From Octopus bimaculoides (lineage: Eukaryota): a stretch of 64,000 nucleotides of DNA. Position numbers and translations under genes: made by a program. Positions within the stretch are counted from its first letter, which is position 1; each line of letters opens with the position of its first letter. Where the stretch lies: assembly GCF_001194135.2 (NCBI RefSeq), contig NC_068985.1, positions 22,421,066-22,485,065 on the forward strand. Reading direction: 5' to 3'. Shown here in pieces: positions 48,998-62,186 of this stretch. The notes below the pieces were generated by a model. That model worked only from the letters and a program-made list of their open reading frames with translations. It had not been told where the DNA came from and did not search any database.

Positions 48998-51900
48998 AAC
49001 ATATATATATATATATATATACACATACATATATATATACATACATAATATAAATAATATATATATATATGCATATATACAACACATATGTACATACATA
49101 TGTATGTATACAGGTATGCATACTGCTTAGCGTACTGTTTTATCATTACTATCACACACATTTTAGCCTTTGGCTCTGGTTGAAGCCATCTGTAACATCA
49201 TTGCCATTATAACACATTGTCATCAGTGACAGTGAGAGACCATCTAAGTAATTGTGACTATTTATAAGTAGCATGTCTCAATATGTCATATCCACATGCT
49301 GTGAAACACTTGTTGAAATTGCTATCCAGCTTGCCACCTATTATTAGCACAAACGCATGCTTTTACTCTTCATAATACAATTATATATTTTAAAGCACAT
49401 ATACATATACAACCAAATATCGAAGCATACATTCTCTCATACATTACTAAACTGAAATTTTTGTTCCTGAAATATTTCTCTCAATGTACTTCTAGAAGTT
49501 CAGAAAATATCTTATATAGCGTTTGAAAACAAATATTTTTCATATTGCAGAGTTGACACACAAACATTATCTTTCAGTCTTTTCTCAACAACGATAGACA
49601 GCTGTTGGTCTCGACTGAAAATTTTCTATTCAAAGAAAGAATCATCATCATCATCATCGTTTAACGTCCACTTTCCATGCTGGCATGGGTTGGATGGTTT
49701 GACTGCAGACTGGCAAGCCAGGAGGCTGCATCAGGCTCCAATCTGATCTGGCAAGGTTTCTACAGCTGGATGCTCTTCCTAATGCCAACCACTCCAAGAA
49801 AGTACTGGGTGCTTTTTACGTGCCATCGGCACAGGAGCCAGTTGAGTAGTATTGGCATTGACCACACCTGAATGGTGCTTTTTACATGCCACCAGCACAG
49901 GCACCAGTCAGGTGGCTCTGGCAATGACCACGCTTGAATTGTGCTTTTTATGTACCACCAGCACGGCACCAGTCAGGCAGACTCTTCAACACCCAAACTT
50001 TAAATAGAAACGACAAAAGACTTGAATAAAGTTGAAAAACTATTTAATACAGGAAATATAAACACTTAGCTAATAAATAAATGAATAAAAGTCGTATATT
50101 CAAATAAACAGGTACAGACAGAGTTCAAAAATTGATTGTTAAAATGTCATGTTTTACAACATATTAGAATCAATGTAAACAGGTTTTCTTTTCCATTGTG
50201 TGAGTGAAGAATAAAAAATAGACGAGGCACAATTGCAAGACATTGAGTCATCTTGGCAGTGACGTGTCCTCAGCTAGATTCACTATTTATAGTTTGTCCA
50301 TTCAAAGTTTAAGACGTCAAACTTCAAATATTTCCTTGCCAGAAGTTAAAAGAATTTGTGATCAGTCCACATCAACCAAATAAGATGTCAAAGAAAAGGT
50401 TAGTCAATGAGCTACACCTAGTCGAATTAGTAACATTTTAATAAAATTTGTTATTCCCATTTTCTTTTGCAGCTGTTCTGTCTGGTAGGCTATTAGATTG
50501 CATGTATTGATAATAACCACACTAAGATTCATTTGAGTTTCCAAATATTTTAGTTATCATCGCACTGTATCTACATATTTTTGTTCAATAAATTTATACC
50601 ATGTATGTGGTACAAGGCATATTAATCATTGCATGCAATGAATATTGGTTAATCAACACTACTAGTTAAGGCTTATGAATCGGAGAGAAAGATGAGCAAA
50701 TTGAGATAGCCAAACAGGACAAGAAAAAAATCTTGTGTAAATTCTGAGAAGTGAAAGACTCCATACGCGCTCTCAAATTGCCCCTATAAACCCCCAAAAG
50801 CCTGCTCTAAGCTGAATTTCTTTGCCTTTAAATAATTGTCTGTCCAGAAAGTTGTAGAATTTTTGGTGGAAACACTTACTTTCTCTGAAGTTGTGTGTGA
50901 TGATTGACCAAGCCATATTTGCATAGGTATTAATATCTTTTATGGCGATTCTTTTCCTTTTATAGAAACATATTAGGTGGTGATTCTCAACTAGGGAAAC
51001 CTGAGAACTATGGTTCAAACCTCAGCTGCTTTCTTGCCACAAAGTTTTAGTATTCTATAGAGATTAAAATGTAATGCACACAGTAGTTATTCAGAAAGCA
51101 ACATAGAATATGCTATTCTTGACAAAATGTCAAAGTATTATATTCAAAATTTCAGAATATCTGTCAAGTTGGATATATGGAGAAAAACTATCCTGGATGG
51201 AAGTTTAGCTGTGAGGTTATAAAGTCTCTCTTGGTTTACTACGGCATTTTGCATACCATTATATAGCATGCTTACTTGTGGAAATAATACAAGAAACAAA
51301 CTTTAAAATAACAGTGACACTTTATTCCTCTGCTAAATTATACAGTGGACCAAATAAATGCATCACGGATTCTGGTGGGTGTATAGTTCATCCATCGTTT
51401 GAATAATTCAGCTCTGGCTGTCGTTGATTACAAGTGCTTCATTATAACAGCATAGAAAATATCCTGACACATCCTCCTTGGAATCCTTTCACGTCTCTGT
51501 CATAGGGGTTTTGTTATGGTTATATATGGAGAAATGTAGGTTCCCAACGACAGTCCATTTTTAGAAAGTATTACGCACAACATGATTGGATCTGAGATCC
51601 ATATCCCGTGCAATATTCAATCAATCAAAATGCAGAACTCAACCAAAAGTTCCAAGCTCACACGATAGGCCAAACGATCAATCATTAAATATTAAACGCG
51701 TGAAGACTATAAAAGGCTAGTCGACTACAAAATGTAATAGAAATGGGTCTTGCTACAGAAGTAATGGTTGCAAACAGACAGCAAATGACACATCACGGCA
51801 TGAGCTCTTGTTCAGTTAATACTTTGTTTTGGGTGAGACGCCAGAGAAGTCAAAAACTACTTTTTCAGCATCTCAGATCTTCCAAATGTTCGTCAATACA

Positions 51901-52542
51901 TATATAATACACTATGTGTTTTCATAATATTATTTTGCTCGTTTCAGTCATTTGACTGCCACCATGCTGGAGCACCACCCTTAGTTGAACAAATTGACCC
52001 TAAGACTTATTCTTTGTAAGCCTAGTACTTCTTCTAATGGTCTTTTTTGCAGAANNNNNNNNNNGGGGGGGACAATCATATACACACACACACACACATG
52101 TATATGCATATATACGACAGGCCTCTTTCAGTTTCCATCTACCAAAGCCACTCACAAGGCTTTAGTTGGCCCAAGGTTATAGTAGAAGACACCTGCCCAA
52201 AGTGCCATGCAGTGGAACTGAACCTGGAGCCATGTGGTTAGGAAGCAAACTTCTTACTACACAACCACGCCTGAATGTATGTATGTGTGTGGGTGTGATG
52301 ACACATAGCTTAATGGTTAGGGTGTTGTACTCATGATTTCCATTTCTAGACCTAGTGGTGCACTGTGTTCTTGAGCAAAACACTTCATCTCACGTTGCTC
52401 TGCAATGACTTTGACACCTGATGCGTGGCTCACAGTGCACTTGTTGATTTGATTGGAGAGAATGAGCTGATGTGCGGCACAAACATTTGATCATTATAAA
52501 CCAATCATTTGTGCCGAACAAGAGTATCCATCACACACACAA

Positions 52543-52722
52543 ACGAGGGGTATTGAAAAGTTCCTGGCTTTAAGGGTGTCCTGAAAGACCTTTACAGAAC
52601 TTCTGGAGGATCGCTGCAATAAGCATGTCAATCTGAGAGAATTTGTTGAATAAAATCATAATTAACTGATACTCCTGTATTTTCATTTACCCAAAGCCAT
52701 AAACTTTTCAGCACTCCTTCAT
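52543..52722 (+). mobile_element. Mariner-derived MITE; second copy at about 62555-62757(-)
   Basis: Degenerate TIRs acgaggggtattgaaaagttcctggcttt and aaagccataaacttttcagcactccttcat resemble mariner ends. Confidence 0.6.
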
Positions 52723-54116
52723 ATGCTAGAGCACCGCCTTGAAGGGCTTTAATCGAACAAATTGACCCCAGGCCTTATTCTTTTTAAAGCCTAGTACTTG
52801 TTCTATTGGCCTCTTGCTGAACCGCAAAGTAATAGGGATGTAAACATACCAACACTGGTTGTCAGGCAGTGATGTGAATCACAGACACCTCACACACATA
52901 TATACACAATAGGCTACTTTCAATTTCAGCCAAATCCACTCACAAAGCTTTGGTCAGCCTGTGGCTATTGTTAGTGAACAACACATGCCTGAGGTTCCAT
53001 GCAGTAGGACTGAACCCAAAACTGTGGTTGGGAAGTAAACTTTTTACCACAAAGCTACAACTACTGCTTTTTTTTTTTGTGACACTAGCATTTGACACTG
53101 TTGAATTACATTCTTAATTGCCTGATTAATGTTCAGTCACACCGTGCAGCCCCTGGGTAAGTTTCTTCTACTCAAGTTCTGGGTTGACCAGTGCTTTGTG
53201 AGTGAAATTGGTATACAGAAACTCCATGGAAGCTCATTGTATATCATCATCGTTTAATGTGTTTTCCATGCTGCCATGGGTTGGATGGATTGACTGAGGT
53301 CTGGAGAGCCAGTGGCTGCACCAAGCTCCAATCTGATCTGGCAATGTTTCTACAGCTGGATGTCCTACATAACACCAACCACTCTGAGAATATTGTGGGT
53401 GCTTTTTGCATGCCACCGGCACAGGAGCCAATCAGGCAGGACTCAGCAAAATTTTGTCCGTTTGGGAACCCTGTGTCTCGGTCTACATTTGCTCTACGTA
53501 GACATACTATTTTGGTTTCAGGATGATCCTGGGATTGACAATCTTCCTATCATTTGGTTCTTGAACATCCAGCATTAGGATCTGATTTGAAAGCATTGGC
53601 GTTGCTATTTCTAGCAGGTAAAGCTTGGCTGATCCTCTCATTTGGCTCATGAGATACCTGGCAAAAATGTGTAGTACCGGGAGTGATAGTATTTAGTTAG
53701 GTTAATCTGAAGCATCTGTAATATTTCTTAACCTTTTCTTTCCTTTATGACAACCATTTAGTTCATTCCTGATAAGTAATAAGATTGTTTTTGGTCTAAT
53801 TCTTTTATTGTGTATTAACTCTTTAGCTTTCAGATTATTCTGTTAAATATGATGCTTATTTATTCACATTGTTTTGAATTAACCAGGAATTATCTCATAG
53901 CTTTGAAATTTTTTATTGATGTGATTGTATATTTTTAGTATGACATTGTAGATCAGATGTGAGAGGTTAAATCTGCCCAGTTTGAGCATAAAACTTGTAG
54001 AATAATTGGGCTGGATTAAATGTTAAAGGGTTTTAATAATGTATTTAAGGTTTATTGAGATTCCCTCTCTTCACGATGGTGTCAGCACATCTGGCATCTG
54101 GATAAGTTTAATACAG

Positions 54117-55762
54117 TCTATATAAAACTGAGAATGTGTGTCTGTCTGTGTGAATCCCTAAAACTCAAGAAGTACCCAACTGATTTCATTTAAATCTTAC
54201 ACATGCATTACTTAGGGCTTAGAAAAAAATTTTCAACATCTTACCTAATGTGGGTCTGGACCTATCTTTTAGACTGGTTTGGTATTATGTGTCAAAAGAT
54301 AAGAGTTTCACTTTTAATTCTAATGTGATAACACTAAGATCATCTCATTTCTATTATATTTGAAATAAATAATTTATATCCTAATGTGAACAACATTACG
54401 CATCGGCAACTTTCCACCTTTACGGCCATGGCAGCGGAATGGTGTGTCAGTATATCTGTTGACCGACCTACCAAACAGCTCGAGGTGAAATGCTACCAAA
54501 AACAATGAGGTGGCAGGTCCAAGGTATATAAAAATACACATTTACCGATCACGATCAATTACCTGTTAATAATTATCGCAGCAGTTGCAAGGTATTTACA
54601 GTTACATATTAACCCTTAAATTAACATTTAATAGGTGTGCTTAATATATATATTTTAAGAAATTTATCTATAATGATTATTGTGGCATTTACCATCAAAT
54701 TAGCAGTTTGTACATATGCTTCTATTTGGATAATTTACACTGCATACAAAAATAGAAATTAATGTATAATTTTTTTCTATATTCATAATCTTTTATTTAC
54801 AATATTGAAAAAAATATGCCACCAAGAAAAGATATAATCTCTCCAGAAACAAGTATAAAGGAAGGAGGATTGTAGAAAATAGAAGGCAAGAGTCTCAATG
54901 GAGAAGGGACTTTCTCAAGATCAGCAAAGTCATGCTGACTCATTTAAACAATGTTTTAATGATTAGACAGAGATCCAAAAGAATAGCTCTCAGAAACAGT
55001 ACACATACAAGTTTGTTCTTCACAACTCCTGGACCTGCTTTCAAATATGATCCATCTCATTCTTATAAAAATGATAATTCTGTCCAAATTGGTGTGCTAG
55101 ACTCAAATTGTCATTTCTGCAAAACTTTAAAATTTCCAAATGAAACTAATGGCATATGCTGCTCAGGCGGTAAGGTAAGATTGCCAGTACTACCAGCTCC
55201 TCTTCAACCTCTTATGGATCTTCTGTTAGGTACTCCTAGTCAAAGGATTTTCTGAACAATATCAGACAATACAACTTTGCATTTCAAATGACATCATTTG
55301 GTGCATCTAAGGAGACCGTTGAACATGGATTTACACTGCTGTTCAAAGTTCAAGGGCAAGTCTGTCACTTCATTGATTCCCCTGTTACCCACAACTGAAC
55401 AACCAAAATTCCCCCAAATTTACTTTATAAGTGATGTATGACAGACCCGAAGGAGATGTCAAAACTTCAGACGATGGGTCGTGTTAGATGCAGCAAAGGA
55501 GATTATATCCACTGACAGCTTTTCGGTGTGTTCAAAAATCACATGCCCCCAATTTTCCATGGCAGGTTAGGACCTGGTATCCTCCAAAAGGATGCATCAC
55601 TTGTTGCTCAGTCGAATTAGCCCACCATTTACACCTCAAATGATACATTGTCAATGCTGCACTTTACTGTATCATGTTTCAACATCACTGTAATATATAT
55701 ATATATATATATATACAATTTATGCCATTTTAATCCTGAGCAATGCTGGGTATCTCTGCTAG
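54117..55762 (+). mobile_element. Helitron deletion derivative with Rep N-terminal remnant
   Basis: TC start, 3' hairpin cctgagcaatgctggg, CTAG|T end. Translation CHFCKTLKFPNETNGICCSGGKVRLP...FLNNIRQYN.AFQMTSFG...FKVQGQV is the Helitron zinc-finger/Helitron_like_N region. Confidence 0.88.
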
Positions 55763-58700
55763 TACAATATAATATAGAGAGATTTGTTTGCTTTCTGCTT
55801 CCTCACCACATGGTTTTGTGTCAAGTCCCACTGCATGGGACCTTGGGCAAGTGTCTTCTACTATAGCCCCTGGTTGACCAAAGCCTTGTGAGTAGATTTG
55901 ATTGACAAAAGCTGAAAGAAGTTGGTCTCGTATATGTATGTTGTTACTGGCCCGTCTTGAAAGTGGACTATGATGATAATGATGACAAGGCAGATTTCAC
56001 AAATCTAAAATAAAGATGTCTGAATTTATGAAATCTACAAATTCCTTTAGTCAACTTCCAGACAATTCCTTATACTAATTTGGAAGAATATAATGTGAAT
56101 GTGTATATGAAACTGCATTCCCAAATAATTTTCTCATCAACATACTGACATGAAACAGTTTTCAGACTTACATAATATAAACACAAAATAAAATGCACAA
56201 CTCTTGCTCAAAGCAACTGTCTTCTTGAGCACAATAACAAAAGGTTATTAATGTTAAGATCATCATCATCAGTTAATGTCACTTTTCCATGCTGGCATGG
56301 GTTAGCTGACTTGACTGGAGCTGGTTAGCTGAAGAGTTGCATGTTTGTTTTGGCATGGTTTCTATGACTGGATGCCCTCCCTAAAGCCAACGTTACAGTG
56401 TGTACAGAGTGCTTTTAAGATGCCATCAACATGGCCATAAGTTGTAATTTCCTAAAAATATATTATTGTTCTAATGCTTTAGAGCAGCGGCTCCCAACCC
56501 TATTATTTAAATGAATTTTTCCACGGACCCCTTTTACTTAGTACACAGACCCCCAGATTAAGAACCACTGCTTTAGTTTGTGCCTCTTTTTCGAATATAT
56601 AAACTATCGATGATATATGAGAGAGAGAGACTAGGAGATTATTACCTCACTTGGAAACAGTTGGGGCATCAAGCTGTAGACAACTGCTTCAACATACTCA
56701 TCTGACTCATGCAAGCATAAAAAGTTGGGCTTTATGATAATAATGAAGAAATTTAAACTGACTGACCCCTGCCCCATTAAATTTCAGGTTTTGTGCCCTT
56801 GTTGGAAACAACTGTCTTGGTGATTTATGAGTTAGTTTAAAATACTGGTAGACATATCTAGTAGTTGATTTGTCTCTTGACACCTCACACAGACAGTGAA
56901 ATGAGGTGATAAAGCACAAACTATTACTTATAGGGTTAAGTAGTGGCTTGGTAGAATTGAGTTGGATAAAATGGCTCCTAGCAACTAGTAACAACCACTT
57001 ATGTTCTACACTGAATTTAGCCATTCCTCTGCCTGGGAAAGGGAATATGCTACTGAAATTATCTGTCAAGGAACTGAGTCAATATAATCAACTATTCTTC
57101 AAATTTGAGGTTGTGTGCACATGCTAGTAATTATTAATAGGGTATCAAAACAATTTGGACGATACAGTCAAACCAGAGATTACAGAGCTGTTGACTTATA
57201 CACCCAGAGCATTCGGTTTTGGTAGTCCTATATTTTACTTGTCCCACATGTATTACATCAGCTGTTGTCCCTCCAGATATTCCAGTCATATTCTGAAGCA
57301 GACTTGATTGATCATACTACTCTCCAATTTGTATCATTGCATCTAACAGCACACAAAAATTAGTGTATACTCTCCACCCAAAACGTAGCATTTCTGCCTC
57401 TGTTACAAACCAATGTTATCCATTATTATTAGTAAGGGAAATAACTCACAGAAACACTAACCAGACACTTGGGGGATAATGTTAAGAGTTTCAGTTTTAC
57501 ACTCAAGATATTAGTATAAGTTTTGCCACTTATATTTCAAACATTAATGTGTGTGTATCAGTAAGCTTCTAGGGACTAAAAAACAACAAACCAAGTTTTA
57601 CGAAAGTAACCTCTAATTGTAGATATGTGCTTACCTTATTTTTATTACTTTAATATCAATATTTCATGTTGGCTATGTCTGGTGTATAGCACACAGACAA
57701 TTGTCTTGCTACTACTCTTTTGCAGTCCCCCATCTTCCTTGAAGGTTATCCAATATAAAAATATGGCACCTTTATACTTAGCAATCATGTACAAGTGTAG
57801 TAGTTTCTCTTACACACTATGCTTGATGCCTGTTCAGTTCATTTGTGCTTCACTTTTCTGCAGTACCTTAGTCTGCTGAGTAAATAGGATATTTTTAGTC
57901 ACTCACTATGATATATTATAGCCTCTTATACATTAAGAATCCACAAAACACCACAAGGAAAGATTTTTGTACATATTACAAAGTGAGTGCTCTCATTTGC
58001 TAATGGCAAATTGATCATAAAAACCAAAGATGATTTCATGAATTGTATAACTGCGAGGTCACTTGCCTCCAGAAAATCTTGTAAAGTAGGAAAAATAAAA
58101 GGTTTTCAAGAATTTGCCTTCTACCCATTTGCTCTTCACCAACACACAACCGCATCCCATAAGATCTGCAGGAAACAGGCAAATCTTCATCAAGTCATTG
58201 TTTTGTATAAAGAATAAATTCCTCTGCTTTTAGGATCCTTCAACAGCATAACATCCAGTCACTAAAAATATCAATTACACACTAAAACTCAACACTGGTA
58301 AAACTTTCAGTCTTTACAGATTCTGAACTTCAATATGATCTTTCAGAATAAGTAGCCTGAGCACAATTATCATGAAAAACCTCTTACTAGTCAAACATGT
58401 CCTATAACGAACTGCTGCTATACACTGTGATCTTTCAGCCAGATAATAGCAGAGCTATGATCAAAAGCCACACAACCTAACATGTCTCTTTTAGTAAGAG
58501 GGTTGGTATGATTCAAATGGGAGACGTGGTTTCAACGTGATGGTCAATCAAATAGAGTGCAGTGAAAAGTACAGTGCAGCTGTGAGGTGCCTATTCCATT
58601 TCTGAGTTACAGTAATTAGCCTTAGAAAATATAAATTATGAAAACACTTAAAATCTTAATCATATAAATGAACAGCCAATATCGAAAAATACTGGTGAAG

Positions 58701-58857
58701 TTAGTTTTATTTGTTTATCTGAAAAAAAAAAAATCTCACACCTGGATATTTTAGAATAATCGCAAAATGAAATAGGTAGAAATTCATCAACGATTTGTCT
58801 GAAATCACGTCAGCATACATTGTCAAGGTCAAGAACTTGATATGTATTTAAAAAAAA

Positions 58858-58894
<37 letters not shown>

Positions 58895-59136
58895 AAATTT
58901 AAGGATGTAAAAAGATACTTCCTCTCCCACCATTAAAAATTAGACCAAGGGATGAATAGGATAAAAGCAAATCACCAGTGAGGAATGTATAATCAAAATG
59001 ACAAACGTCCTTGTTAAAACAGTATATTCTAAATCCTCAAGATAAAGAATGAGAAATAATTATAAATAGAACCGGCAGCAGAAAGATGAATTACAAAAGG
59101 TTGTTTTAAAATGAGGCTTCTCTTCAAAAGTCAAAA

Positions 59137-60279
59137 TTTATTTGTTAAAAAAAAATCAATGTTCCTCTTGTACATCAATGTTCCTAAAATGACCAAAAAA
59201 TAAAAATATATACAAATGTTCTATAATCAGAACCACTCTCCCTACTTTTCATTACAACCATGACAGTTACATAGGAGATGATATTTAGAACATAATGAAA
59301 ATGTGTGCATGGATATTCTTTAATATTCAGCACATAAGTTCATCTTTATAAGTCTTAATTGAAGAAAATGCATTTGTGAATGAATAAAAAACTTTTACAC
59401 ACATGCCCGCATAAATCAGTCTACAAATGAAAGTTCATGAATAATGTATTATTAGAGGAATGAAATAGTGCAATACAATGAAAAGCACATTCAGACAAAC
59501 ACAAAAATATTAAAAATATTTTTAGAGAAAAATATTTCTATATTTGCTTCTAATTTGAACGATACCAGCATTCCCAGTGGAGAGCACTGCAACTTCACTC
59601 ACTAAATACCTTGCAATGCTGTCCACTGTATCGATGTAATCCCGAGTGTTTATAACTAGTGCTCTTTTCCAATGAATCTTCATAAACACAAGACAAATGT
59701 GCATGTAAGAAGCCGAAGTTAATGACACATTTGCAGCAGATAAAGAGAACCAGACAAGAACTCAATGGACACCATATCTATATACATACATTATAGTAAC
59801 AAAGTTACCAAATGCAGTTCTAAGCTAACTTACATGAAATGCAGGTACCAAGTTTTGCACTGTAATAGAGTGCAAGAGCCATTTAGCACTATACTACAGT
59901 TATAGTAACAAACTTGAATATACCTGATTGAATAATTTCGATTCAAATAAAGACACTTCAGAAAATTAGTTGCCAAAACACCAAATTAGCTGAAGTCAAA
60001 TAAATAAATTATAAGTGTTGTACTCTAAGAATTTCTACATGTATATTAGAAATAAAAGAAAAAGGGAAAATGAAATAGTTTAAAAAAAAAAAAAAAAAAA
60101 GGCGTCCTATTGATGAACAAGTCTGCCTATTCATTCACTGTGGATTACAACTGCCAGTATCATTTAAGGTTACACAAACAAAAATTAAGAGGAACAATGA
60201 TTAAGAATATATATATATATATATAAAAAGAAAAAAAACCAACAAAACCCAGGTTTAGAATAATAAAACCACTTCCAAC
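59137..60279 (-). other. Probable MAT 3' UTR
   Basis: Downstream of the stop codon. The first canonical AATAAA I found on the sense strand is at 59137-59142 (an ATTAAA is at 59319-59324). The true 3' end is not determined. Confidence 0.55.
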
Positions 60280-60382
60280 TTAATACTTTAGCTTTTTTGG
60301 GATTTCCCATTGAAACTCGGGTCTTCCAAAGTGCCCATAACACGCCGTCTTTTGGTAGACTGGACGACGTAAGTCGAGCTCT
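60280..60382 (-). CDS. MAT: MAT terminal coding exon ([33 protein letters not shown])
   Basis: Acceptor cttttcag| at 60383-60384; TAA stop at 60280-60282. [12 protein letters not shown]...WE is the conserved C-terminal motif. Confidence 0.97.
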
Positions 60383-60553
60383 CTGAAAAGAAAAAAAGAA
60401 AATGTTGAAAATAGCTGAATACAACAAATAAAATTGAAAAATAAAACAAAGGAATAAAAAGAAATTAAAAAGAAAATGTTGAAAATAGCTGAATACAACA
60501 AATAAAATTGAAAAATAAAACAAATAAAAAGAAATAAAAAAAAAAACATTTAC

Positions 60554-60687
60554 CTTACGATCTTGCCAGGTCTCAGATCAAAATTCTCATTGACAATATC
60601 CAGCAATTCTTTCTCAGTTTTTTTAGATGTACCGTAACTAAAAACACTGATGGATAGTGGCCTAGCAATTCCAATGGCATAGGAAAT
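60554..60687 (-). CDS. MAT: MAT penultimate exon ([45 protein letters not shown])
   Basis: Acceptor ccttcag| and donor |gtaaat; 134 nt, phase 0 to 2. SYAIG and FDLRPG are conserved MAT motifs. Confidence 0.97.
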
Positions 60688-60778
60688 CTGAAGGCAAAAA
60701 ATACATAACAGCAATTATAGAATTCAGTATCCTTGTTTAACCATTTAGCATTCAGATTATTGTCAAATGTAATGCTTA

Positions 60779-62186
60779 TCTAATATATAAATCCCGTTCT
60801 GTCTGTATGTTTGTGCACTTATAACTCGAGTATTGTTCATCTGACCGCGGTGAAATTTTAAGCATGGATACATGAGAGAGCTGGGCATTCCATAATCTAA
60901 AAAGAGATTCAAAGTGAGAATCGCTTGTTCCGCCATTAAAACAACCAGTTGTTCACACAGCTGGCATATACCATTTCGCTAGCAACAAGAGGAGTACAGG
61001 ATGACAGTCAGCCAGAACTGTTGCTATGCTGTCTCTTCTTTCCTCTCTGTGGGGCTAATAATCTTAATCTTTAGTTACAGTTTCTCATTCAAACTACATA
61101 ATAGGCAAAATTGTTGAATTAGGACAGTAGGGTGTTTTGAAGGAGATTTAGCTGCTATTTCTACCAGGTCTAGCTACCATGTAGAAGTCTGCCTCATTCA
61201 TATTATATATTCCTTATGCTTTCCAAAACTTAGTTACAGATTTTGACATATGGGGTATCAAAAGATTCAGTATTATTTTGGCTACAAATTAAACTTAATT
61301 TTCATTCATATATTTGCATTTCAAAAGTTTAACATAATCTTTTCCATAAATCAACTATCGTAAAAATTTTATACTATTATGTCACATTTTCTATATGTGT
61401 GTGTACCTTAAAAGATGTCAATCATCACGACACAACACTATCACTCACTCACTATCTCTCTCACATACACATGCACAAGCATGCATGCACACACACATAC
61501 ACGTCCATTTCATATAGACATACATACATCATTCACATTTTCTGTTCTTTTCGCTTTATCTTCTTACAATTTCTGCTCTCTCGAAATAAAATTTTTACAG
61601 ATACAACTGCTTACAAAAATAGGGATTAATGTATAATTTCTTTCTAGGTCCATAATTTTTTGTTCACAATATTGGGAAAAATATGCCACCAAAGAAAAGA
61701 CGTAATCTCTCCAGAAACAAGTATAAAGCAAGGAGAATTGTAGAAAACTGAAGGCGAGAAGCTAGATGAGATTTTCTCAACATCAGCAAATGCATGTTGC
61801 AGCACTTAATGCTGGATCATTAAATCAATGTTTTAATGATTAGACAGAGGTCCAACAGAATAGCTCTCAGAAATAGACTACGTACAAATTCATTCTTCAC
61901 AACTCCTGAAGCTGTTTTCAGATATGATCCATCCCATTCTTAGAAAAAAATTAACTCTGCCCAAATTGGTATGCTAAACACAAATTGTCTTTTCTTCAAA
62001 AATCACATAACCCCCACAGGTTTAGGCCTGAAATACTCCAAACAGATGCATAGCATGTTGCTTAGTCGAATTAGCTCATCATTTACTGCACAAATGTTAC
62101 TTTCCCATATCACCTGTTTCAACACAACTGTAATATATATAAACTATGCCATTTTAATCCCGAGCAATGCTGGGTGTCTCTGCTAG
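60779..62186 (+). mobile_element. Non-autonomous Helitron, antisense within a MAT intron
   Basis: A|TC start, hairpin cccgagcaatgctggg at 62159-62174, CTAG|T end. 61670-61980 and 62050-62186 match 54790-55130 and 55600-55762. Confidence 0.85.

Larger units (their letters stand above)
4529..52064. other. Assembly gaps (N runs) at 4529-4538, 6720-6977, 10835-11542, 26569-27070, 29554-29760, 31290-31398, 41828-42139, 48806-48815, 52055-52064
   Basis: N runs in the sequence; most fall inside repeats. Confidence 1.

Noticed and set aside
6560-49000. Long ORFs in the track at 6560-7260, 10739-11800, 26448-27155, 29452-29792, 31198-31434 and 41766-42236
   Set aside because: They are open only because they run through N gaps; the real flanks are RTE or SINE sequence.
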